A stretch of 64,000 nt of DNA from the NCBI GenBank assembly GCA_963702475.1, contig CAVPCT010000009.1:192001-256000 (forward strand), read 5' to 3'. A program made the translations under genes and the position numbers. The first letter of the stretch is position 1. Each line of letters begins with the position of its first letter. The stretch is from an uncultured Thermoleophilia bacterium. GTDB taxonomy: Bacteria; Actinomycetota; Thermoleophilia; UBA2241. Positions 12,584 to 21,338 of this stretch are shown piece by piece. Below the pieces are notes generated by a model. That model was given only the letters and a program-made list of their open reading frames with translations, did not search any database and was not told the origin of the DNA.

Positions 12584-13513
12584 GTGCGCGCATTGACCAT
12601 CGGGGAGCTGGAGAGCGAATCCGGTACACCTCGCCAGACCATCTACTACTACGTGCGCACCGGCCTGCTCCCGCCCGCCCAGAAGGCGAGCCGCAGCCGG
12701 GGGCTCTACACCGAGGAGCATCTCTCCCTGCTGAGCGAGATCGAGCAACTGCGCTCCAGAGGCCTGCGGCGTGCGGCAATCCAGACTCGGCTTGCCGGAC
12801 GCGTGCGTGAGGCCGGCAGCAACGGCGTCGACCTGGTGGCCAGGCGAGAAGAGGAGACACGGCAGGCCATCCTCGTCGCCGCCACCCGCAGCTTCGCAAC
12901 CAGGGGCTACAAAGGCACGCGGATGGCGGACCTCATCGAGGAACTGGGCATCACGCCGCAGGTCCTGTACGGGCACTTCGCCACCAAGCGCGACCTGTTC
13001 GTCTCCTGCTACAAGATCGCCGTCCAGTGCATGGACGCGTTTCTGCAGCCGCAGTTCGAGAAGGCTCGGGATTCCGCCGAGATGCAGGTCTGGTACATGT
13101 ACGCCGACTCCGGCATCAAGGCGTTCGCCCCGAACATGATGATGCTGGCCATCGAGGCGGCTCAGCACGACGAGGACGCGAGGCGCGACCTTCGCGAGGC
13201 CTACAGGGTGATCACCGGGGACGCGGTCGCCGATCTCAAGCGCATGCGTCGCGGCGAGGACGACCCTCCGTTCTCGGACGAGCTGATCATCCACGCGATC
13301 TTCGGCGGCTTCGAGCAGATGCTCGCGCGCGCGGGGCTGGACGATCAATACTCCTGGCAAGACTGCGTGCGCAACGGCCTGGGTCTCTTCCTGGCCGTCA
13401 GAGCTGTCTACCGCGGCGACCTGGACCTGAGCGAGCTGACTACCAGCTACGGCGCGCTGCTCGACGAGGTCGCCAAGCTCCCGCCGCCCGTCCCCGACGA
13501 ACTCAAGCCCTGA
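12584..13513 (+). CDS. MerR-TetR fusion transcriptional regulator (copy 1)
   Basis: N-terminal MerR HTH (TIGELESESGTPRQTIYYYVRTGLLP) followed by TetR HTH (ETRQAILVAATRSFATRGYKGTRMADLIEELGITPQVLYGHFATK); 309 aa. Confidence 0.85.
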   Translation: MRALTIGELESESGTPRQTIYYYVRTGLLPPAQKASRSRGLYTEEHLSLLSEIEQLRSRGLRRAAIQTRLAGRVREAGSNGVDLVARREEETRQAILVAATRSFATRGYKGTRMADLIEELGITPQVLYGHFATKRDLFVSCYKIAVQCMDAFLQPQFEKARDSAEMQVWYMYADSGIKAFAPNMMMLAIEAAQHDEDARRDLREAYRVITGDAVADLKRMRRGEDDPPFSDELIIHAIFGGFEQMLARAGLDDQYSWQDCVRNGLGLFLAVRAVYRGDLDLSELTTSYGALLDEVAKLPPPVPDELKP

Positions 13514-13655
13514 GCCCTGAGTCCGGCCGAGTGACTGCTCCCGCCCGATCGCGTCCGGCACGACCAGCAAATGAAACGGCGTTACATCATGTGAACCCGC
13601 TCATCGCGTCGCGCGCGCTCAGGCGACGGATGCGGGGCCGACCGCAGGAGGCTGC

Positions 13656-14294
13656 ATGTCGACAACGCTCAGCAAGGCCATCCTCGCCATGGATGAGGAC
13701 GGCGCGCTCACCATCGTCAAGGACCGTCTCGAGGCGGGCGAGGCCCCGGAGGCGGTCCTGGAGGACGCCAAGGGCGCGATGACCGTGCTCGGCGAGATGT
13801 TCGCCCGCGAGGAGGTCTTCATCCCCGAGCTCATCATGGGCGGCGAGATCATGAAGGGCATCGCCGCCGAGCTCAAGCCTCGCATCACTGCTGACGCCGA
13901 GGCGGACAAGCGCGGCACTGTCGTCATCGGCACCGTCCACGGTGACATCCACGACATCGGCAAGGACGTCGTCTGCATGATGCTCGAGGTCTCCGGTTAC
14001 GAGGTCCACGACCTCGGCGTCGACGTGCCGGTCGCGGACTTCGTGGCCGCCATCGATGACAAGAAGCCCGAGGTCGTCGGCCTCTCGGGCCTGCTCACGC
14101 TCGCCTTCGACGCGATGAAGGACACCATCGACGGCATCGCCGCCGCCGGACTCCGCGACCACGTCAAAGTCATGATCGGCGGCTCGCCAGTTGACCAGCA
14201 GGTCTGCGTGTACGCCGGCGCCGACGGCTGGGGTCGCGATGCTGCAGCCGCGCTCAAGATGGCCGGCGAGTGGACCAGAGTCGCGGCCGGCTGA
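13656..14294 (+). CDS. Corrinoid (cobalamin-binding) methyl-accepting protein
   Basis: Cap domain FIPELIMGGE plus GTVHGDIHDIGK (DxHxxG), LSGLLT, MIGG. Confidence 0.93.
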   Translation: MSTTLSKAILAMDEDGALTIVKDRLEAGEAPEAVLEDAKGAMTVLGEMFAREEVFIPELIMGGEIMKGIAAELKPRITADAEADKRGTVVIGTVHGDIHDIGKDVVCMMLEVSGYEVHDLGVDVPVADFVAAIDDKKPEVVGLSGLLTLAFDAMKDTIDGIAAAGLRDHVKVMIGGSPVDQQVCVYAGADGWGRDAAAALKMAGEWTRVAAG

Positions 14295-14307
14295 GGGGAA
14301 GAGAGAG

Positions 14308-15567
14308 ATGACGACAAGCCTCGAAGGCGCCGAACTCGCCGCACAGCGGCTCAAGCTGTTCGAAGACGCCGTCGCCCTGCGCAAGCCGGACCGTGTTCCT
14401 CTGATGCCCCTGGCGCTCGAGTACTTCCACACGCGTATGGCGGGCGTCTCCGACAAGGAGGCCGGCTACGACGCCCAGGTGAACTTCCAGTGCCTGCGGG
14501 ACGCCACGGTCCGCTTCGGCTGGGACTGGGCTCCCGGCATGGCCGTCCCACCGTCCAGGTCACTGGAGGCGCTTGGGTCCAGGCAGATCCGCTGGCCGGG
14601 CGGCGACCTGCCGGACGACGTCCAGTTCCAGTGGGTCGAGGACGAGTACCTCAAGGCCGACGAGTACGATGCGTTCCTCGCCGACCCGACACGGTTCACC
14701 CTGCACACCCTGTGGCCTCGCCTCGCAAGCGCCTTCGGCGTGCTCGGCGAGCTCCCTCTGCCGCCCGTCTGGTGGATCAACACCATGTACTTCCCTCTGG
14801 CCTGGGGGGCGTTGCTGGGCGCGCCACCGATGACGGCTCTCTTCGAGGCGCTGGCCGAGATGAGCAAGGATGCGGGTGCCTTCATGGCCGCGTTCGGCGG
14901 CTTCGCGGGAGAGATGGCGGCCATGGGCTACCCGGTCGCCTTCGTGGGAGTGACGAAGGCCCCCTTCGACATGGTCTCCGACGACTACCGCGGCCTTCGC
15001 GGCAGCACTATCGACCTCTACCGGCAGCCCGAGAAGCTGCAGGCCCTGATGGACATGCTGACGCCCATGGCCATCGGACAGGCGGTCGGCGCCGCCAAGG
15101 GCAGCGGGAACCCGCGCGTGTTCATCCCGCTGCACCGCGGCGCCGCCGGCTTCCTCAACGACGAGCAGTTCGCCAAGTACTACTGGCCCGGGCTCAAGGC
15201 GGTCATCTTCGCCCTGCTCGAGGCGGGCATCACTCCCTGCCCCTTCTTCGAAGGCGACTACACGCCGCGGCTCAAGTACCTCGCGGAGCTGCCACCCGGC
15301 GTTATCGCCGCCCACTTCGACCGCACCGACCGCAAGAAGTTCAAGGAGATGTGCGGGCACAATCTCTGCTTCTGGGGCGACGTGCCGGGGTCGCTGATGG
15401 TCACAGGCACCCCCGGCGAGGTCAAGGACTACGTCAAGGGACTGATCGAGGACTTCGGCGACACCGGCGGGCTCATCGTCGACGGCGCCAACGCCATCAC
15501 GGGAGAGGCCAGGCCGGAGAACGTCATGGCGCTGCGCGAGGCTGTGGACGAGTACGGCGGGTACTGA
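14308..15567 (+). CDS. URO-D-family (MtaA/CmuA/VdmB-like) corrinoid methyltransferase
   Basis: KPDRVPL N-terminus, RGLRGSTIDLYRQPEK, FWGDVP, GTPGEVKDY...ARPENV; directly follows the corrinoid gene. Confidence 0.85.
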   Translation: MTTSLEGAELAAQRLKLFEDAVALRKPDRVPLMPLALEYFHTRMAGVSDKEAGYDAQVNFQCLRDATVRFGWDWAPGMAVPPSRSLEALGSRQIRWPGGDLPDDVQFQWVEDEYLKADEYDAFLADPTRFTLHTLWPRLASAFGVLGELPLPPVWWINTMYFPLAWGALLGAPPMTALFEALAEMSKDAGAFMAAFGGFAGEMAAMGYPVAFVGVTKAPFDMVSDDYRGLRGSTIDLYRQPEKLQALMDMLTPMAIGQAVGAAKGSGNPRVFIPLHRGAAGFLNDEQFAKYYWPGLKAVIFALLEAGITPCPFFEGDYTPRLKYLAELPPGVIAAHFDRTDRKKFKEMCGHNLCFWGDVPGSLMVTGTPGEVKDYVKGLIEDFGDTGGLIVDGANAITGEARPENVMALREAVDEYGGY

Positions 15568-15604
15568 CGGACGGGCGGCCTGCCCTCCACGGCAGAAGCA
15601 GGGA

Positions 15605-15642
15605 GCAGGGCGGCCAGGGGAGAAGTACCGTGGCCGCCCTGC
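15605..15642 (+). terminator. Hairpin after the methyltransferase gene
   Basis: 12-bp stem GCAGGGCGGCCA / TGGCCGCCCTGC with a 14-nt loop. Confidence 0.45.
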
Positions 15643-15778
15643 CTCTCACTCCGCCACGGCCTCGCAGCGAGCCGCGAGGAGGCAGGGCAGCGTCAGACCC
15701 CTCTCGCGCGTCGATCCTCTCGATCCAGCTGAGGCCGATCAGACTCCACGCCGGGGCCGTCACGTAGATGTCCGCACG

Positions 15779-16035
15779 ATGGAGCACTGCGCCCGGGTCT
15801 TCATCGACTGCGCCGCAGACGCCGATCCGGTGTTCGCGGCCGGCGTCCCGTGCAAGGCGGGCACCGCCGCCTGGTCGCCAAGGGCCTGGCCGATCTCCCG
15901 ATGCCCGGCCGCGACGTCTCCGCGGTGTTCCACGCGCTCGGTACGATCCGCGTCATCGCCTCGCGCGAGACGGGCGGCGCGGTGATGCGCGTGGCCGGCA
16001 CACCCAGAGGGGCTGCGGCGCGGGCGACGGCATGA
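15779..16035 (+). pseudogene. Relic of an FAD-dependent oxidoreductase (FAD_oxidored-like), internally deleted and frameshifted
   Basis: ARVFIDCAADADPVFAAGVPC resembles KVFIDATGDGDLAAxAGxP. In another frame, RRLVAKGLADLPMPGRDVSAVFHALGTIRV resembles YRCLVPKGVDNLLVAGRCISATHxAxGSIRV. Confidence 0.55.
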
Positions 16036-16086
16036 GCTACACTCGGCGGCGCACGGCAATCCAGGATCCGCGGAGGCAGCAGCGAG

Positions 16087-17337
16087 ATGGACCCGCTCAT
16101 CGACGGCCAGCACCCTCTTCTCGGTTCGGGACTGCCCGAACGGATGTCCCGCTCCCTGGACTTCCCGCTCTTCACGATGTCTGCAGGCCCCATCGAGGTG
16201 ACGGAGCGCGTGCTGCACGCCATCTCCGCGCAGACGCTCGACCAGTACGACCCGCTCTTCATCGACATCTACCACGAGACGACGGCCAAGATCGCCGCCG
16301 TCTTCCAGACGCGCAACGACGTCATCATCCAGCATGGCGAGGCGGTGCTCGCCCTGGAGTCGGCCGGGGCCAGCACCATCGAGCCCGGCGACAAGTGTCT
16401 CGTCCTGGTCAGCGGCCCCTTCGGCAAGGGCTACGGCAGGCACGTCGTGCGCCACGGCGGGGAGCTCATCGAGCTCGAGGTGCCGTTCAACGAGTCCATA
16501 CCGCCCGAGGCCGTCAGGGAGATGTTCGCGCGCCACCCCGGCATCAAGGTGATGTCCGTGGTGCACTGCGACACGCCCGCCGGCACGCTGAACCCGATCC
16601 AGGAGATCTGTCCGATCGCCAAGGAGTACGGGGCGCTCACCATCGTGGACGCCGTCTCGTCCCTCGGCGGCCACCAGCTGCTGCCCGACGAGTGGGGCGT
16701 CGACATCCTCATCGCCGGGCCGCAGAAGAGCCTGGGCGGGATCACGGGGGCGGGCCTCGTCGCGGTCAGTGGGACCGCGTGGCGCAAGATGCTCGCCAAG
16801 AGCACGCCTCTGCGCGGCTCTGTGCTGAGCATGCTCGACTGGAAGGAGCGCTGGCTGGAGGGCGGCCGCTTCCCGTACACGCCCATGGTGCACCAGGTCT
16901 ACGCCCTCAACGCCGCCATGACGCAGATCCTCGAGAAGGGCATCGACTACTCGATCGCCCGTCACCACGCCGCCGGCGTCGCCTGTCGCGCCGGCATCAC
17001 GGCGATGGGATTGAAGCTCTGGCCCGCATCCGAGGACATCGCCGCCGACTGCGTCACCGCCGTCACGGTGCCGGACGGCCTGACCGAGCAGCAGATCGTG
17101 GGGACGATGCGCAGGGACCAGCACGTGGCCATCTCCGGCGGCCTTGGCGATCTCATCGGCAAGGTCTTCCGCATCGGCCACATGGGGAAGATGGCCCAGG
17201 TGCTCGACGTGGTGGTCGCGCTTGCCGCGCTGGAGAAGACGCTCGTGAGCCTGGGCCGGGACGTGCCCCCCGGCGCCGGCGTCTCCGCCGCCCTGGCCAC
17301 CTGGGTGGGCGGCGATGCGCAGGTCTCCGGCGGGTAG
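16087..17337 (+). CDS. Class V PLP aminotransferase, pyridoxamine-pyruvate transaminase-like
   Basis: FTMSAGP, YDPLF, HGEAVLALE, EVPFNE, HCDTPAGTLNP, DAVSSLGG, GPQKSLG, RIGHMG; closely follows the Mesorhizobium PPAT sequence as I recall it. Confidence 0.85.
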   Translation: MDPLIDGQHPLLGSGLPERMSRSLDFPLFTMSAGPIEVTERVLHAISAQTLDQYDPLFIDIYHETTAKIAAVFQTRNDVIIQHGEAVLALESAGASTIEPGDKCLVLVSGPFGKGYGRHVVRHGGELIELEVPFNESIPPEAVREMFARHPGIKVMSVVHCDTPAGTLNPIQEICPIAKEYGALTIVDAVSSLGGHQLLPDEWGVDILIAGPQKSLGGITGAGLVAVSGTAWRKMLAKSTPLRGSVLSMLDWKERWLEGGRFPYTPMVHQVYALNAAMTQILEKGIDYSIARHHAAGVACRAGITAMGLKLWPASEDIAADCVTAVTVPDGLTEQQIVGTMRRDQHVAISGGLGDLIGKVFRIGHMGKMAQVLDVVVALAALEKTLVSLGRDVPPGAGVSAALATWVGGDAQVSGG

Positions 17338-17377
17338 CCCTCGCGACGCGCCCGTGGGGGCGCGGCCGGCGGCCGGG

Positions 17378-18476
17378 TCACTCCACGTGGGCGAGGCACG
17401 CGCTGGCCGCGGCCGCGAGCACGTGCAGCACTTCGGCCTCGCCGCGCTTCACCGGGCGCGGCAGCGACACGGTGAGGCCCACGGCGTGGGCGCCGCCGCC
17501 TGCGCTCACGCGCAGGATCTCGGCGCCGGTCACCACGCCGGGGCCGGCTTCGCCTCCGCCCGGTACAGCGTCAGCGCGCGCGGCGGCATCGCTCGCGCAG
17601 CCGGCGCTCAGATCTCCGGCGACGGCGACGCAGCTGGAAGCCTCGAGCAGGTCGCAGGCAGCCGCGGCGCACGCCTGCAGCACCCCGGCCCGGCCGGTGG
17701 CCGCCCGTAGCCCGGCCACCGCCACCGCGAGCTGGTCCATCCGGTCGCGGAGGCCGTCGATCTCCCGGGCGGCGGCTCCGGCGTCGGCGAACAGCTGCGC
17801 ATTGTGCAGCGCCGCTGCGGCCTGCCCGGCGACGGCCGTGCAGATGCGCAGCTCCTGGGCGGAGTAGCGCCGCTCGCGGGTGTGGTCCATGAGTTCCACG
17901 AGCCCGATCGACCGGCCGCGGAATACGAGCGGGACCATGAGGAGGCTCTTGTCGCCGTCGCGTACCAGCTCGCGGAGCTCGTGAGGGTCGGCCGCCGGGT
18001 CGCTCACGTTGACGATGGCCGGTGACTGCTCCTCGAGGACCCGGCGCGTGAGCGGGTAGCGCGAGAGGGGGTACTCCTCGATGTCCGGGAGGCGCCGGCC
18101 GCTGTGGTCGAAGTCGGCCAGCATGCGCACCGACTGTGAAGCGGCGTCGTACGTCGAGATGCCGCAGAAGTCGCACGCCATGAGCCGCGTGAGCTGCTCT
18201 GGCGATCTCCTTGAGCAGGTCGGGCAGCTCGAGCTGACCCACGAGTGCGAGCGAGGTCTCGAGCAGCGTCTCGACCTCGCGCTCGCGCGCCCGCCTCGCG
18301 TCGAGGTGGGTACTGCCGCCGATCTGCTGGGCGAGCGCTTCGACGTCCTCCTGCCGGATGCGGCGGTGGCCTCCGGGGGTGCGCGTGCACGGCAGCAGCC
18401 CGCTCGCCGTCCACCGTCGCACCGTGTGCGGCGCGACCCCAAGCCGGAGCGCCGCTCGCTGAACGTTGAGGTACAT
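17378..18476 (-). CDS. Excisionase/BldC-like HTH + GAF-domain regulator; frameshift near 18200
   Basis: YLNVQRAALRLGVAPHTVRRW...RTPGGHRR HTH. It continues in another frame as EQLTRLMACDFCGIS...KSLLMVPLVFRGRSIGLVEL...AAAALHNAQLF (GAF). Confidence 0.8.
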
Positions 18477-18658
18477 CGCGGTGCCTGCCTTCCCGACGTG
18501 TCAAGTATGTTGAAGTTCGGGTCACCTGCGTTGTCAAGTCCGTTGATGAAAAAGTCCTGTAAAACATCTGAACACGTGACAGCATCGGTGAAGAATCGAC
18601 GCCGGTCCGTCGCAGGCTGGTCACAGCCGCGGGCACCGGCAGGGAGGGTGATCTCACC

Positions 18659-19864
18659 ATGCGTGTCCTTCAGCTCGGCGTAGGGTCCGTGGGGGAGGTG
18701 ACGGCCCGCACCGTGGCGGCCGTGCCTGAGGTGACGGGGGTGCTGCTCGCCGACATCGACGAGTCACGGCCGCGGGCGGTGGCCGGCAAGTTGCCGGCCG
18801 GCAAGGCCGAGGTGCTGCAGCTCGACGTCCACGACAAGGAGGCGCTGGTCAAGGCCCTCGCCGGCGTCGACCTCGTGATCAACGGCCTCATCCCTGAGGT
18901 CAACCTCGACGTGATGGCCGCCTGTCTGGAGGCCGGCACGCACTACCTGGACATGGCCGCGGCCGGCCCCCGTGACGTGGTCGGGACGGCCGACGTGGAC
19001 GAGGAGCTGGCGCTGCACGACGAGTTCCGCAAGGCTGGACTGACGGCGCTCGTCTTCTTCGGCATCGACCCTGGCGCCAGTGATGTGTTCGCGCGAGCGC
19101 TCTACGACCAGTTCGACACCGTCGAGCGCCTCATGGTACTCGACGGGGACAACTCGACCGCCGACGGCGTGGACTACGCGCCGAGCTTCTCGCCGACGAC
19201 GATGGTGGAGGAGTGCCTCATCCTGCCGCCCCATGCCTTCGAGGAAGGCAGGGTGATCCGCCGCAAGGCTCTGTCGAAGCACTTCGACTTCACGTTCCCG
19301 GAGCCCATCGGGAAGCTCACGGTGTGGAACGTGGACCACGAGGAATCGCAGCTGATGCCGCTGTTCCTCGGCGACAAGGGCCTGAGGAACGCCGACTTCT
19401 TCATCGCCCTGGACGAAGAGTGGGCGGACCTGCTCCTGGCGTGGCGCCGCCTCGGGTTCGACCACAACAAGGAGATCGAGTTCCAGGGCGCCCGCTTCCG
19501 CCCGCTCGACCTCCTGGTCTCGCGTCTGCCGAGATCGGTCGACCTCATCGGCAAGATGCATGGATGGGTATGCGTAGGCACCCTCGCCGAGGGCACCATC
19601 GCCGGCAAGCGCGTGCGACGCTTCATGTACCAGATCACCTCGCACGACGATGCCTACAGCAAGTACGGTGTGCAGGGGACGGGATGGCAGACCGGCGTGC
19701 CCGCCGCATGCGCCGGCATCATGCTCGCGCGGGGGCTGGTGCCGGGGAGCGGCGTGTACGCCCCCGAGCAGATCGACCCCGCGCCTTTCCTGGAGCTGAT
19801 GACTGGGAACGGCACCCCGTGGGGCGTCGTGGAGCTGCCGCCGGACGACGAGCTGCCGATCTGA
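18659..19864 (+). CDS. Saccharopine dehydrogenase-family / carboxyspermidine dehydrogenase-like oxidoreductase
   Basis: LGVGSVG Rossmann motif, HYLDMA, GIDPG, DHEE, QTGVPA, GVYAPEQIDP. Confidence 0.85.
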   Translation: MRVLQLGVGSVGEVTARTVAAVPEVTGVLLADIDESRPRAVAGKLPAGKAEVLQLDVHDKEALVKALAGVDLVINGLIPEVNLDVMAACLEAGTHYLDMAAAGPRDVVGTADVDEELALHDEFRKAGLTALVFFGIDPGASDVFARALYDQFDTVERLMVLDGDNSTADGVDYAPSFSPTTMVEECLILPPHAFEEGRVIRRKALSKHFDFTFPEPIGKLTVWNVDHEESQLMPLFLGDKGLRNADFFIALDEEWADLLLAWRRLGFDHNKEIEFQGARFRPLDLLVSRLPRSVDLIGKMHGWVCVGTLAEGTIAGKRVRRFMYQITSHDDAYSKYGVQGTGWQTGVPAACAGIMLARGLVPGSGVYAPEQIDPAPFLELMTGNGTPWGVVELPPDDELPI

Positions 19865-19919
19865 CGGAGTACCGGCGCAGTACGGGGCCGCCGGCAGGAT
19901 CACGTACGAAGGGGGGAAG

Positions 19920-21332
19920 ATGACCGACAAGCTGCGTAGGGTGAGGATCCCGCTTCTCACGGCCGTCGCCATGATCTTCATCTTCGTGTCGTCAGGCGCC
20001 TTCGGCATCGAAGACATGGTCGGCCCGGAGGGCTCCGGACCGGGCCTCACTCTTCTGCTCCTGCTCGTCCTCCCTGTGGTGTGGGCGCTGCCCATGGCCC
20101 TGGTGTGCTCGGAGCTCGGCTCGGCGCTTCCGGAGGAGGGCGGCTACTACGCCTGGACGCGGCGGGCACTCGGCGAGTTCTGGGGCTTCCAGTGCGGTTG
20201 GTGGGCCTGGACCTGCGGGTGGGTCGACTCGGCCGTGTACATCGCCCTCATCCAGGGCTACGTGGCCACCTGGTGGCCACAGCTGAACGGCTGGGAACTC
20301 TGGGGCATCGGTGCCGTGCTGATCGCCGTGTTCGCCTACACCAACATCCGCGGGCTCAACATCGTCGCCGTCAGCTCGGTGGTCTTCACGATCATCATCG
20401 TGGCGCCGTTCCTCGTGCTGATCGTGCTGGGGTTCGCGAACTGGCACGGCACGCCGTGGCAGCCGTTCCTGCCCCCGGGCCAGTCGGTGTGGAGCAGCCT
20501 CAACTACGGGCTCGCCATCGGTGTGTGGATGTACTCGGGCTACGACTCCATGTCGACCATCGCCGGCGAGATGGAGAACCCGCGCCGCATCATCCCGAAG
20601 GCGCTCATGCTAGCCATGCCGATCATCGTGGCGCTGTACTTTCTGCCGACGCTGGCCGGGCTTGCCGGCGTGGGGGACTGGGCGGACTGGACGACGAGCG
20701 GCGGCACCTCCTTCGTCGAGATGGCGGAGGCGCTGGGAGGCCCCGTGCTCGGCTACGTCATGCTCGGGGCGGCCGTCATCAGCAACATGGCGCTGTACCA
20801 GGACTACGTCACGAGCGGCTCTCGCCCGGCCTACGCCATGGCCGAGGACCGGCTGCTGCCGAAGGTGCTCACCAAGGCGCACCCCAAGTACGGCACGCCG
20901 TACGTCTCCATCCTGTTCCTCGCCGCCCTGAACCTGGTGCTCATCGTCGGCACGTTCGCCAACCTCGTCGTGATCGACGTGATGCTCAACATGTTCTACT
21001 ACCTGCTCGTCTTCGTCGCTGCCATCAGGCTGCGGCAGAAGGAGCCGGGCCTGGAGCGTCCGTTCCGCATCCGCGGCAACACCGCGGTGCTCATCGCGAT
21101 CTGCGCGCCGGCCATCTTCATCGCCGTCGTGACCATCGTCACCAACGCCCTGGACACCAGCACGGAGGCGCTGGGGCGTGCCAGCTTCGGCCTGGGCTCG
21201 CTCACCATCGGCTGGTACGGCATCGGCGGCCTCATCGGCCTGCTCGCCGGGCCGGTCGCCTATCTGATCATGAAAAGGACGCTGGGCGGGCGGGGCGGGC
21301 CGCGCCGGGAGTCCACGACGACGGAGGGGTAG
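19920..21332 (+). CDS. APC-family amino acid/polyamine permease
   Basis: SSGAFGIEDMV, ELGSALPEEGGYYAW, YSGYDSMSTIAGE, LERPFRI; about 12 hydrophobic segments. Confidence 0.9.
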   Translation: MTDKLRRVRIPLLTAVAMIFIFVSSGAFGIEDMVGPEGSGPGLTLLLLLVLPVVWALPMALVCSELGSALPEEGGYYAWTRRALGEFWGFQCGWWAWTCGWVDSAVYIALIQGYVATWWPQLNGWELWGIGAVLIAVFAYTNIRGLNIVAVSSVVFTIIIVAPFLVLIVLGFANWHGTPWQPFLPPGQSVWSSLNYGLAIGVWMYSGYDSMSTIAGEMENPRRIIPKALMLAMPIIVALYFLPTLAGLAGVGDWADWTTSGGTSFVEMAEALGGPVLGYVMLGAAVISNMALYQDYVTSGSRPAYAMAEDRLLPKVLTKAHPKYGTPYVSILFLAALNLVLIVGTFANLVVIDVMLNMFYYLLVFVAAIRLRQKEPGLERPFRIRGNTAVLIAICAPAIFIAVVTIVTNALDTSTEALGRASFGLGSLTIGWYGIGGLIGLLAGPVAYLIMKRTLGGRGGPRRESTTTEG

Positions 21333-21338
21333 AGAGTC

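Noticed and set aside
14308-15567. hemE (uroporphyrinogen decarboxylase), and hemL for 60074-61309
   Set aside because: Context is corrinoid methyl transfer and amine catabolism with no tetrapyrrole genes; the similarity is at fold level only.
15567-15700. Multi-hairpin intergenic region as a cobalamin riboswitch or ncRNA
   Set aside because: No B12-box or other recognisable motif; it lies downstream of the gene, and hairpins are expected at this GC content. An Infernal/Rfam scan would settle it.
17378-18476. Excisionase-like HTH as a sign of a prophage or ICE
   Set aside because: It is fused to GAF domains, and no integrase, att site or phage gene is present.
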